Below are positions 40,208 through 53,766 of a stretch of 64,000 nt of DNA, piece by piece. The number at the start of each line of letters is the position of its first letter. Position 1 is the first letter of the stretch. The notes beneath the pieces were generated by a model, which worked only from the letters and a program-made list of their open reading frames with translations, searched no databases and had not been told where the DNA came from. This DNA comes from Octopus sinensis. Lineage: Eukaryota. The translations under genes and the position numbers were made by a program. The stretch is taken from positions 24,614,001 to 24,678,000 of the forward strand of contig NC_043000.1 of the NCBI RefSeq assembly GCF_006345805.1. Direction: 5' to 3'.

Positions 40208-40926
40208 TTTGTACTATTTCTACAGCATAGAGTTTAGAAAACAGATGGGCTAATGTGTGTGTGTGTGTGTATTGTATAGAATATAGAGATGCATGTCAGT
40301 GAGGTAGAGAAGTACATAGGTCAGGTGGAAAGGCATATGCAACTAAGGTGAAGTGATGTGTAGTACTCTCCTGGATAGGTAACAATACTGGAAGGTAAGG
40401 GTTTTAGTATAACACACTTATCAATATAGAATAGCTGCAGAGAATGGTAAATAATACTGTTTATTGTTATTGGTTGATCATAAGAGATAGCATAATCTCT
40501 AAAAATGTCCCACAAATAGGATTAGCAACTAAGGACAGTTGTAAAAGACTCAAGTTTAAAACCATTTTCAAAAATGACAGTAATACCAGAATTGTAGCAG
40601 GTGGTTTTTGCCAGAAGTATCGAGTTAGAATGTAGTAGCAGAAATAGAACATTTGAAATATTCTTGAGATTCTGTTGTGTCTGAGGGGAGTCATTTTCTT
40701 TTTGTGCCTTATAATTTAACACACTCACTGGCGTAATGCAATATAATTTCAATATATGAAGCACAGATCTTTAAGAAAGACCATAAATCTACTGAGCCCA
40801 GTTGTCTTCAAAAAAGGACATATCTTATGATGTGGTCTGAGGAGCAACAAGCCTGAAAAAGAAAGGATGATCATGGGTGGAATACCTTTCATTATGCTGG
40901 TTCATTCAATCAACACTAGACCAGAG

Positions 40927-41397
40927 TTAACCCATTCGTTACCAACTTGGCTGAAACCGGCCCTGGCTCTGAGTACAAATGTCTTGCTTTCATAAGTTTT
41001 GAATTAAAATCTTCCACCAAACCTTAGTCACAATTTATGTTTCTAACACTAGCTTAATGATAACCAAGTTATTTTGCTAAATTCTTTGTTATATTTAAAA
41101 TTAATTGAAAGAAAAACAGAGCATCTCAACAGAAATATGGTAACAAAAGGGTTAACAAATGATTACTTTAACCCTTTTGATACCAACCCGACTGAAACCA
41201 CTTCTGGCTCTGTAGTACAAATGTCTTGTTTTCATAAGTTTTGAATAAAAAATCTTCCACTAAACCTTAGTCACAATTTATGTTCCTAACACTAGCTTTA
41301 TGATAACTGAGTTATTTTACTAAATTCTTTGTTATATTTAAAGTAATTGAGAGAAACACAGAGCATCTCAAAATAAATACAGTAATGAAAGGGTTAA
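40927..41397. mobile_element. Two tandem piggyBac-type MITEs (40927-41155 and 41168-41397)
   Basis: Each is TTAA-CCC..TTACCA / TGGTAA..GGG-TTAA (second copy more decayed), about 230 bp, same orientation. Confidence 0.85.
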
Positions 41398-42456
41398 ACA
41401 GCACCAAACACAGATATGTGAAGTTGCAATAAAATTACAAGACATTATAAAAAAATTTGGTAAAGCTTGATGGAAAATCCAGCAATGGAAGACAAAAGAA
41501 AAGCGGTGGCAGTGATGTTGTCACTGCCATCTTCATCATCCCTGGAAATTACTGTCTCGAGTCCCAGAACTCATAAGGGCTGGTTACCTAGTTTCTTTGG
41601 TGTATAAGTGTCTGAGATCACAACATTCTTCCTGAACAGAACGTCAGTGCATCACAGGATTATTCTTCGAATGGACTGATGCAATGTGAAATGAAACATT
41701 GTGCTAAAGAACACAAGACACTGCTTGCTCCAGGAACCAAACTACAATCTTGTGGTTATGAGTGCAACATCCTAACCACTAAGCCATGCACTTTCACAAA
41801 CAAGTAACAAAGGTCATGAAACCAGCAAAAGTGGCAGAACGATTAGGGAAGGTTGTTGAAATGATGAAAGCATTAGGGTGGACTGGTGTATCGTCAGTCA
41901 TATAGTTAATCAATCAAATTGTGCAAGAATGTGTTAACGGTGATAAGAGTCTTAAAGGCGGCAGCAGCAAAAGCAGCAGTACCATTCTCAGCTAATATAA
42001 AAGAATGAGCAAATTAGCAGAGAGAAAAATTAGAGAGAGAAGTTAAAGGACCAAATAATATGATTGGTGGGTGGAGTGTCTTAGCTATCCTGGCAGAAGT
42101 TAAGAGTTGACAGGGATACAATGAAGTTAAGGTTTATTTCAGGGTATAAAACTGAAGATAACGTATTCCCAGTGAAATAACTGAATGAAAAGGGTTTGAC
42201 AGAAAACAAAGGGAAGATTCTGGCTTGAATTGAAACAAGGACATGAAGAGAATGGTTTGTAATGACTGGGTGATATAATGTGCTGCACGGTGGCTATGAA
42301 TAGGCGATATGGAAACAATATGGCAGAATATGATTAAAACCTCTTTAACCTACATCAGCATAGAATGCAATGTTGAATAATAATTTATAGTGAGTGTGTA
42401 TATGAGGAGGGAGAGAGAGGGGGAGGGAGGGAGAGAGAAAGAGAGAGAGGGAGAGT

Positions 42457-42501
<45 letters not shown>

Positions 42502-42503
42502 TG

Positions 42504-42534
<31 letters not shown>

Positions 42535-43559
42535 GCATTTTTGGTGTGAATATAACAATTTTCAGAAAATTATTTGAGACGGTTGTTTTTTTTTAAGAGG
42601 TATTTGAAAAACTTATAGAATACAGATACAATAAACAAAGAAGAAATTATTTAGAATTCTTATTTGGCAATGGTTGTAATGAAAGTAAATAAACAGGCTG
42701 ACAGCTGATTAATAACTCATGCCATTCTAAAGGTTATTATGCAGGAATATTTTAAAACGTATTTTTGAGTGAAATGGTAAAGTAGTTTACATTAAAATAA
42801 AAAATTATAACACTAAACCAGACTTGATTCCAATGAATAAAAGAGCTTACGGCAGGTAAGCTTTGTTACAAATTCAGCAGTTGAAGTTTTTACAAAGAAA
42901 TATTAATGTTTCGAATTTTGGCACAAGGCCAGCAATTTCGGGGGAGTGGGTAAGTCTATTACATTGACACCAGTGCTCAAGTGGTACTTATTTCATCAAC
43001 CCTGAAAGGACAAAAGGCAAAGTTGACCTTGGTGGAATTTGAACTTGCAACATGAAGATGGACGCAATGCTGTTAAGCATCTTGCCTGGCATGCTAAAAG
43101 TTCTGCCAGCTCGCCATCATCATTATCATCATCATCATTGTTTAACGTCTGCTTTCCATGCTGGCATGGGTTGGATGGTTTGACTGAGGACTGGTGAGCC
43201 AGAGGCTGCACCAGGCGCCAATCTGATCTGGCAAAGTTTCTACAGCTGGATGCCCTTCCTAATGCCAACCACTCCGAGAGTGTAGTGGGTGCTTTTACGT
43301 GCCACCGGGACGAGGGCCAGTCAGGCGGTAGTGGCAACGACCATGCTCAAAAGGTGTTTTTTATGTGCTACCTGCACAGGCGCCAGTCCGGCAGCACTGG
43401 AAAGGCAACGACCATGCTCAAATGTTGTTTTTCATGTGCCGCCAGCACATGTGACGGTAAGAACAATGCTTTCAATGATCATGCTCGAATGGCAACGATC
43501 ACTAATGATAAAATATTATTGAGAGTAAAAATATAAAAATAAATGAATGATGGTAATTA

Positions 43560-43920
43560 CTGAAAAAGCATGAAACAGAAATACAAGCAGCCAAGTTGGG
43601 AGTTCCTCCAGAAGATCTCTAGAGTAATGTTACCCAATAGGGTCTATAGCTTAGAGATCAGGGATTCTCTCCAGGTTGGGCTGCTGCTTCTCCACAGTGA
43701 GAAGTTACACCTCTGGCACTACAGAAATGTGGTTAGAATGTTGCAGGAAAGAATTGCAAGACAGTTCCTTAAGTTGAGCCAAACTGGCAGGAAACATAAG
43801 GGTAGACCAAAAATATCTGTAACCTTAGTTGATCTTGCTTGGGAATCCAGCAGCAAAATGTTACAATGGTTTCTTCCGATAGAACCATACGGTGGAGCTG
43901 CCAGAAGATCCTAACCTCAT
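43560..43920 (+). mobile_element. Old RTE ORF2 C-terminal relic
   Basis: ORF 43570-43914 contains LHLWHYRNVVRMLQERIARQFLKLSQTGRKHKGRPK (cf. RLRWYGHVVRM..RGRPK). Another decayed RTE piece (VVEMMKALG..LINQIV) lies at about 41820-41940. Confidence 0.65.
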
Positions 43921-44279
43921 GACACTCACAACAATAATGGGCAGAAATTTGGATGGAAAAATAAAGATAAAATAATAATAGTTTTTTTCTTTCTTTTACT
44001 CTGTACTATAAAACTATAAATAATTTGTTAAAACAACAGGCTAGCAAAAGTGGTGCTCCAGTATGACCTCACTCCTGATGTCTAAAGCAAACTAAAAACA
44101 AAGAACCAATGAAATATAAGTTATTGGCATTACTGATATCGCCAGAAGACCAACCATTAACTGACACTACATTTATACAACAAGAACTCTCGTAAATACA
44201 ATTATTAATCTCAGTAACACTAAAACAGCCATGTTAATGCTTATAGAGAAGAAGTATAAACATTTCACATACTCTCTTA

Positions 44280-44353
44280 TAATAATAATAATAATAATAA
44301 TCATACTATGATGATGATAATAATAATAATATTAATATTAATAATAATAATAG

Positions 44354-44397
<44 letters not shown>

Positions 44398-44412
44398 TAA
44401 TAATAGTAGTAG

Positions 44413-44455
<43 letters not shown>
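44280..44455. repeat. (AAT)n microsatellite
   Basis: Direct reading. Confidence 0.95.
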
Positions 44456-45599
44456 CATTAGAATAACAATGTGATGGAAACAAGTCCAAAAAAATAGTCT
44501 CATTGTAGTTGGCAAGCACATAACAAGTATGGCAAAATAGAGAAAAATACTAACAGCTCCATTGTAAATGTAATCAATTATAACTCATTGTTTAATGCAC
44601 TCAGCATATTGTTTAGGAACATTGGAATAATATAGCAGCAACAACACATTAGACATTGAAACATAGAGACTGTATAAAGCCTACATAACATAACTGTAAC
44701 AACCAACACAAAGCAGGGCAATTACAGAGCCAATAGCAAGTCTTTAGAGCATTATCAAGTTTAATACAAAGCAGAACGAGTTGTAGAATTTGTATGAGAA
44801 ACTGCAGGAGATAAGCCATTTTCTAATCTAATTAACCACACCTGGTGATGATCTGCACCAAGCAAGGTCAGTTAATTACTCTACACTCCTCATCTACCAT
44901 CTGTATCCTCTCTTATGCTCAACTTCTTGTCCTTTGAGGGTTTGCTCTGGTACCCCATCACTGCAATCTTCTTCCCAGTTATTCCAACTCACCTCCATAT
45001 GATGTGGGGTAGCTATGCGTCTCCTCTATAGCAAGACTCTTGTGCCTGTCCCTCTGGCATACTTTAGCCTCTTAACACAACATAAAACCATCTCTCCTTC
45101 TCAAATACTCACCCCACTAAGGGGTACCCCATTAAGGGGTACCCCATTAAGGGGTGAGTATTTGAGAGGGGACCCTTTCTTTTTCTTGTTCTTTTCCTCT
45201 CTTGCAAGTTACTTGGCAACCTCACTAATGGCAGTAGCATGATAAAAGCACCCAGCACCTAAACAGACGCTGAGTTTGATGCAGTCCTGGGGCTTGCCTG
45301 ATCTTGTTAAACTATCCAACCGAGTCCCAATGGCGACCAGACTGAGGTCTGGTTGCCATAGCACTGCCTGTTGCGCCATAGTGGTGGACGGTCACCCCAA
45401 TGGTGCCCAGACCGAGGTCTGGTTGCCATAGCATTGCCTGTTGCACCGTAGTGGTGGACGGTTACCCCAATGGCCAATGGATGTTAAATAGAGATGATGG
45501 TGATTAATCTGGAAAGTCTAGAATCTAAATGTCCAAGTTCCAAATATTTGTTACTTTAGAGTCTTGTGGTATGTACTGTAGTTTAGTTCTTTGTAGACA

Positions 45600-45894
45600 T
45601 CTTTATATATAAAACTGAAGTTGTGCGAGAGTCTGTTTCCTCCGATTTAGATTCCTAACTACTCCCACATTTTGCGGTGCAGTTTAACCAAAAGCGGGAA
45701 TCTTATAGTCGTGATTCATATCGAGCCCTTCTGGGTATTAGCGTGCATCTACGATGTGCCTACGATTTAAAAAAAAAATTTACCATTTTTTCGTTTTTTA
45801 AATTGCTCGGTTTATATAAGGGAAGTAATTCTCTAAAAATGCTTATATTGTCATTTCCCTTACAAACCCGAGCAACGCCGGGTGATACTGCTAG
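45600..45894 (+). mobile_element. Non-autonomous Helitron
   Basis: A|TCTTTATATATAAAACTGAAGTTG ... CCCGAGCAACGCCGGG hairpin, TGATACTG-CTAG|T; termini shared with 39819-40207 but different interior. Confidence 0.8.
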
Positions 45895-46741
45895 TCTCAT
45901 ATAAATGTCCTCCTAAGAATTAACCGAAATTTTGGTTTAAGTAAATATAAATATTAGAGCAGTTACAAAATATATAAAAAGAAACTCCTAAGCGAGAGAG
46001 ATGGATGATTTAAATTTTACAAAATTCCTTTGAAATATCCCACTACAATGACATCATCATCATTTTAATGTTCACTTTACTATAATTGCATGGGTCAGAC
46101 ATAGTTTAATGTCTATAGCTGGATGCCCTTCCTGTCACTAATCCCTACCTGTTTCCAAACAAGGTAATATTTACCCATAGCCAGACACACACACATATAA
46201 ATATATATATATAAATAAATAGATAAAACTTACTAGGAAGAGGATGCATGGCATTCAATCATATAATAATATAAATAATATATATCGGAGACCCCCTTCG
46301 GTCACAACACAGACCATGGGATTGCACCTAGAAAGTTACCCTCCTAGACACAAGTCCGGGCGAGGTTGTTTTATAGAAGACCAGCAGTCGCCCATGCATA
46401 CCAGCCTCCCCTCTCCATGCCACTGATGTTATCCAAGGGAAAGACAAAGGTCGATACAGCTTGGCACCAGTGACGTCGCAACTCATTTCTACAGCTGAGT
46501 GAACTGGAGCAACATGAAATAAAGTGCCTTGCTCAAGAATACAACACGCAGCCCGGTCTGGGATTCGAGCTCACAACCCCACGATCGTAAGCTCGACGCT
46601 CTAACCACAATAGATATATATATATATATATATATAAAGTTAATCCAAACATGAAAGCACAAAGAGAAAACACAACAATGTGAGGACGTGGAACAACTAT
46701 AGTGTTATTGGACACCCAGGAAAGGAAAGAAAGAAGGAGGA

Positions 46742-46774
46742 TTTAGCGTTTCAAGCGGAGCTCTTCATCAGAAA
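46742..46774 (-). ncRNA. Minimal hammerhead-like motif, canonical core but mutated cleavage triplet
   Basis: TTT-CTGATGA-A-GAGC-TCC-GCTT-GAAA-CGCT-AAA; U16.1 appears replaced by C. Confidence 0.5.
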
Positions 46775-47199
46775 CATAGGAAAAGGAAAGATCCAAGGAA
46801 GGGAAGACGGAGGAAAAAAATCGCTAATGATACACACGCGGTCACATTTATATATATATATGCATATATACATACGTATATGTACAAATGCTCGAAATAC
46901 GAGAGTAGAAAAACAGCCAACAACTGATGAAGTGTTGTTCTTTATGATGTTTGTCTTGTTTACCATTTGTATCTTGTTTGAAAAAATAGTTCATATTCCA
47001 TGTACTCGTACTTCATATTTTTTGTTGTATACATTTCATGACGTCCTGTGCCCACATATGCATATATATATATGTATGTATATATGCATAATGTATATAT
47101 ATGTATGTGTGTATGTATGTATGTATGTGTATATATATATATATATATGAATGTGTGTATATATATATATATATATGTCTGTATGTATGTATGTATGTG

Positions 47200-47229
<30 letters not shown>

Positions 47230-47231
<2 letters not shown>

Positions 47232-48120
47232 GGGTGTGGTGAATATATTGTTGGCTAAGTTATGCAAAAATGAAAATAATACTGACATCTCATTTTAACA
47301 CATGTTTACCAAAATTACACAAAAATATCTTGAAATACTATAGAGTAAATTTATTCAATAAAATTGCCATTGGCTTCAACCACGGCTTGGCAGACAACTT
47401 TGGAATCTCCTGTAACTCTTCTGAATGGTCTCCTTGTTTAAGTTAGTGAATGCTGCCATAATCCTTGCTTTCAGTTTATTTTTGGTGTTACAAGGAGTTT
47501 TGTTGGTCTCTCACCCAACTGCACCCCAAATGTAATAATCAAGGGGGTTGCAGTTTGGGGAGATAGGTGGCCAAATGTTAGAGGTGATGTGGTTTCAGAA
47601 ATTGTCTGACAGTCACGAATGGGTTCTCTCGGAAGTGCTCTTGCTTGTGTGGCATGGTGCAGAGTCCTGTTATCAGGCATAGAGTCTTCTAGAAGCCACC
47701 CTCTTGCCTCAGGGCAGCACTACCTCTTCCAAGCACTTGATGTAAGCCACCGTGTTGTGTCTAGGCCACATGAGAAGATGAATGGAGCCATAATGTCGTC
47801 ATCACTAGTAATCACTCCAAACACCATGGTGTTGATTGTATGATTGATTTTTATCACACTCATGTTTTGGGGACACAGCAAGGCAACTGTTGTTCTGTGT
47901 GTTCACCATTTTTCCGTATTGGGGCTTCCAGCACAAATGCCAAGCAGTACAGCATGTAGTTTCCTAATTACTGGCAGAGTGAATTGCGTCATGGTGCTGT
48001 TTTTCTCAAAGGCAGTGCCCAACTGACCCTCTATATTGCGTAGTCAACAAAATCAAAAACAAACAATGCACATGCACGAAATTAAAAATATTAAATGGCG
48101 ACAATTTACTCATCACACCC
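47230..48120 (-). mobile_element. Second deleted DD37D (maT-type) transposon copy
   Basis: Colinear with 24685-25522; imperfect ~27-bp TIRs AGGGTGTG.TGA.TA.ATTGT; frameshifted transposase. Confidence 0.8.
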
Positions 48121-48122
48121 TA

Positions 48123-48790
48123 TATCATCATCATCATCATCATCATTCAATGTCTGCTTTCTATGCTGGCATGGGTTGGACGGTTTGACTGAGGACTGGC
48201 AAACCAGATGGCTGCACCAGGCTCAATCTGACATGGCAAAGTTTCTACAGCTGGATGCCCTTCCTAACGCCAACCACTCTGAGAGTGTAGTGGGTGCTTT
48301 TATGTGACACCAGCACGAGGGCCAGTCAGGTGGTTCTAGCAACAGCCAGGCTCGAATGGTGCTTTTTATGTGCCACTGGCATGGGATCCAGTCTGGTGGC
48401 ACTGCAATGACCACACTCAACTGTTGTTTTTCATGTGCTGGTGAGGCGATGCTGGTAATGATCATGTTGAAATGGTGCTTTTTATGTGCCACCAGCATGG
48501 GAACCAATCCATGGCCCTGGCAATGATCACACTCGGATGTGCTTTTAACATTCCACTGGCACGAATGCCAATGAGGCAGTACTGTCCTTGGCCACATAAG
48601 GGATTTTGATTTGATTTCACTTGATTCAAAAGGTCTTCGCAAGCAAAGTTTATTGTCCAATGATTGAGGGGTACTCATAAGTGGGCTGACATTACACATC
48701 CAGTAGAGCATACTGGCTTCATTCCTTGCAAGCTTACGCATGTCTTTAGCAGTCACAGCCCATGTCTCACTTCCATGTAGCATGGCTGTT
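48123..48790 (-). mobile_element. RTE LINE fragment with internal deletion
   Basis: MLHGSETWAVTAKDMRKLARNEASML..MCNVS (RTE ORF2) joined directly to 3'UTR sequence and (GAT)n tail. Confidence 0.75.
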
Positions 48791-51700
48791 CGTATATATA
48801 TATATATATATAATAGGTTTCTTTCAAATTCTGTCTACTAAATCCATTCACAAAGTTTTGGTTGGTCTAGTAGTTATATTAGAAGACACTTGCTCAAGGT
48901 GCCACACAGAGGGATTGAACCAGAAACCACGTGGTTGAGAAGCAAACTCCTTAACCACACAGTTACGCCTATACCTTGCCATAGCTCTACCTTACAATAA
49001 TACATTTAAAATCTATAACACAAAAAATTTCATGTATAAGTGTGTGCATATGTTATATTGAAGATATAAACAAAAATAATAAGGAAAATATTTAAGTTTG
49101 CTGTACTAATAATATATATAAATGATAATGAAAGGTTTATTTTAATGTCAGTGAGAAAGTAAAGATAGTGTATACTGTCTATCTTTTCTCATTGTTTTAC
49201 ATACAACTAAGAAAAATGTTTAAGTTTAGAATGACATTTGTTTATGCAAAAGTATGAATATACGAATAAACATTTTTATATCCATTTGCAATAGGCATTA
49301 ATGAAATATAAATAATAAAGTTACACATATATATTAATTAGACAGATATGTTTACATAAAATAATGATAAATTAATATCTTTAGGGTGATCTGTTACAAT
49401 ACATACAGCACGTCTGCATGTATTTAAAACATGCTTTTTAAGGCTACAAAAAGAGCCTCAAGTGCTATAGATTGTTTATATATCAAAGTGAACATCCAAT
49501 GAAATGAAAGAATTAAGAAGGCAGACATGTAATATCAGTAAATTATAAAGCTGATTAATTAAATTGATTCAATAATTTAATTAAACTTAAATTCAAAATG
49601 AAATTTTTAGAGATTGATTTGTGATATTCCACCAGCTTTGCAAAGTGTCTGTCTCTAAGACATTCTCAATGGCTCAGTCCACTTAGCTGCAAACAAGCAA
49701 CATATGCCGTTACTGCTGTAAGTATTGGCAGCATTGTTAAATTGCCAAGTGTTCTATTGTCTATTAGTGAAGGGTTTGATACCTTGTATGAGTCTGAAGC
49801 CAAGAGGAATTGACTCTCTCACTCATAAATCCAAGAATACCATCATAGAAGAGCCATAATTTCTGTCTGATACACATTAAGATTGAAAGAATTCGGTTCT
49901 TTCAGATTGTTTTTCTATGTTAGTATGGGCTGTATGAATCAATGTTGTCTACCACTATTGCTTTATGTCTCCTGTAAATCCCACTCTCACTTTTGCTATC
50001 AACCTACTTCAGACCACCACTGGCTCTAGGAGACAAACTTTCCATTTAAAAGTGATCTAAATTTAATCCTTCCTTCAAGCTTTCATGTTAATTCATGTCA
50101 CAAACATCAGCTTACCAATGACAAACTCTTCATTATTTTCAAATTTAATTGAAACAAAGACCCATCAAAACCTGTCAAACCAAGAAAAATCATACTCATG
50201 GCCAATGCTGGTGTCACATAACTGGCACCCATGCTGGTGGCACATAAAAAGCACCTTTTGAGTGTTGGCCTTACGCTTGTAAGTGTTGGGCCTCACGGAG
50301 GCAATAACCAAGACCTTTGGCATTATGTTGTGCTTGAGAAGAAGACCCATCAAGCTGAGGAAAATCACCGTTGTGGCAGATACCAGTGTCACACAAATGG
50401 CACCTGTGCTGGTGGCACGTAAAAGCACTCATTACATTCTCAGAGTGGTTGGCATTAGGAAGGGCATCCAATCATAAAAACCATGTCAAATCAGACTAGA
50501 GTCTAGTGCAGCCTTCCAGCTTACCAGCCCTGGTCAAACCATTCAGCCCATGGACAACAGATGATGATGAAAGACAGAGTATTGGAAAGGTCATTGTGCC
50601 AATAATAATAATAAACACACACACTGGCGTGTATGTGTTTATTGTTATTAAAGCAATAACCCTCTCAAGACAACAAGATTTGCTTCAATAAATGAATTCA
50701 CATCAAAAATTTTCAAAACCAAATTCAAAAATGAAGAAAGACTGTATTTATTTTCACAGAAATGTGATAAGTTGGTTAAGATCTAACTTCAATACTTCAC
50801 GTGTATTCCTAAGCCATGTCTACATTTTCTCAGTAGCATGGCCCCTAAATAGGTTTGCAATATATTATCTTTGCAAACATATAATCTTACTACGTCAAAG
50901 GAGAAAGAGCGGGGCCATCAATTATTCTGTAGGAGTTCCATGACTAATGGGAAAGGAGTGAAGAAGAACCCACACATCAATGGTTATTCTCAGACCAGAG
51001 ACTGGGTCTGAATGCTGACAACCAAACAGACGCCACAAAAGGCATCAAGTAATGAACTGGAATTTTGTTAAACCAAGCAAAACATTAAGTGTACTATTCA
51101 AAAACTGGTACAATGCACAATACTTGAGTGGACCCCAGGTTCCACAAGAGTAGGAAACACATGTCAATGGTGTCAAACAGTGGGTTTGAACTTGGAACTA
51201 CATAACAGTAATGCAATGATTTTAACCACACAGACACGTCTGGCCCATCTCTGATTTGTCATCCCGACACTTCCAGTCAAGCTTTGAAGTCCATTTACTT
51301 TCACTTTCAAAGTTTAGAATGCATTAAAAAAATACCAAAAAAAACCAACAAAACAAAGAATAAAACAACAACAGTCAATATTTTTTTCTGTAATAATTAT
51401 AGTTTTATTTGTTGGCTGTCACATATTTCACTTTGATAAAATATCATGTAATGTTTTCTAAATAAAGAGAATCACCCACACACTATATTTATATCTATCT
51501 GTCTGTGTATCTGTTCTATCTATTTCTGTGTCTGTATATCTATCAATCTATCTGCCTGTCTTTCTGTCTATATATTTGTCTTTCTGCTTGTCTATATATC
51601 TGTTTGTCTTTTTCTCTGCCTGTCTATCTATCTATACCTCTATCTGTATATCTATTAATCTCTCTTCATCTGACTGTCTGTCTATATTTGTGTTTGTATA

Positions 51701-53138
51701 TCTATCAGTCTCTCTCTCTGTCTGTCTATATATCAATTATCGTTATACATGATAATTAGAGAAGGGAAGCCCACCACCCTTGAACCGTATAAAGACCGTA
51801 CCAGACTAGCAAGACTGATATTCAGTTTGAAACTCTAGAAATAAAAAGCAAGAATTGAGACAATTCCAGAGGGAAGCTGATTTGAAGAAGAATGGTTGGA
51901 CAATGTTTTAGTGCAAACCCTGAATGAGAATACAGGGTGAGGCACTGTGAAGATGAGAACATGAGAAGCACTAGTTGCTTAGAATAGGTGTAGATGGAGC
52001 TAGTCTGCAGCTTGCTACTTTAAGAGAAGATAAGGTATTTGAGATAGAAAACAGAGAGAGAAAACGGCAAATGTTGTGAGGAAAGTAGTGTGTGTGTGTG
52101 TGTGGTGTGTGTGTGTGTGTGTGTGTGCGTGCGTGCGTGTGTGTGATAGCTAATAAGTTGAACCAGCTCTCTGATATTGGTTGCATTGATCAGAGTGGCC
52201 CTGAAGGAAGAACCTAGTCTAGGTGGTGTTGTTGTTGTTATGAAAGATCATCAAAGATTATGATGTGTAGGATTTGCAGCAAAATCATTTGTGGTATTGT
52301 TGTATTGACTATGAATGATTTTAACAGAAGGAGAGTGTGTATGTGTGTGTGAGTGAATGAATGTGAGTGTATGAGTGTGAGTGCGTGAGAGAGAGTAAGT
52401 GAGCATTGTATGAGTGAGTGTAAGTGAATGTGTGTGTGACTAAGTGAAAAAAAGAGAGTGCAAGTGAGTGAGGGAGGGAAGGAGTGAGTGAATGTATGTG
52501 TGAATGAATGTGTGCAGGAGAATGAGTGTGAGAGAGAGAGAGTGAGTGTTGTGTGACTGAGTGAGTGTAAGTGAATGAGTATGTATGACTGAGTGAAAAA
52601 AAGAGTGAGAGCGCAAGTGAGTGAGGGAGGGAAGGAGTGAGTGAATGTGAGAGAGAGAGAGAGTGTTGTGTGAATGAGTGAGTGTAAGTGAATGAGTGCG
52701 TGACTGAGTGAGAAAAAGTGAGAGCGTAAGTGAGTGAAGGAGGGAGGGAAGAAGTGAGTGTGTGTGTGTAAGAGTACACATGCATGCTCATGCGTTATAC
52801 ACATGTAGTATTGTAATGTCACTTCTTTAACCTGAACAGTGTGTGTGTGTGTGTGTGTTTTGGTGCTGTTGCAGTTAATGAGGCTGTCATGTCCCCATTA
52901 GAGGATATTTTTACTAACAAGTTCAGCAAAGGCAATGGCTGTGAGATTAAGAACCTTGCTCTGCAGCCACGAGGTTTTAGGTTCAGTACCACTACACAGC
53001 ACCTTGGGTGAGTGTTTTCTACTACATCCCCAGGCTGGTCAAAGCTTTGTGAGTGAATTTGGTAGATGGAAACTGAAAGAAATCCCATCACAGATAGAAA
53101 CTGTAAAGGGATCAATGCCAGCACAGAACATGGCAGCA

Positions 53139-53364
53139 TTAACCCTTAAGCATTCAGAAAATTTTCAAATGTAATGATTATTAGTTCACATTGTTTTGAA
53201 TTAATCGTGGATTATCTCATAGCTTTGAAGTTTCATTGAGGTGATTGTTTATTTTTAGAATGGCATTGTAGGGCAGGAGTAAGAGGCTAGATCTAGCTGA
53301 TTTGAACATAAAACAGGAAGAACAATTGAGGTAGATATGATCAGATTAAATACTAAAGGGTTAA
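53139..53364. mobile_element. piggyBac-type MITE
   Basis: TTAA-CCCTTAAGCATT ... AATACTAAAGGG-TTAA. Confidence 0.75.
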
Positions 53365-53431
53365 ATGATGATGATGATTTGTGTACACACACAGTGCACC
53401 AAAGCAATATATATAATTATTGCATTATCAT

Positions 53432-53468
<37 letters not shown>

Positions 53469-53726
53469 CTGGTGGCACCTAAAAAGCACCATCCGAATGT
53501 GGCTGATGCCAGCGCCACCTTGACTGGCTTCCATGCCGGTGGCACGTAAAAAGCACCCACTACACCCCCGGAGTGGTTGGCATCAGGAAGGGCATCCAGC
53601 TGTAGAAAAACTGCCAGATCAGACTGGAGCCTGGTGCAGCCTCCTGGCTTCCCAGACCCCGGTTGAACCGTCCAGCCCATGCTAGCATGGAATATGGATG
53701 GTAAACGATGATGATTATGATGACGA

Positions 53727-53766
<40 letters not shown>

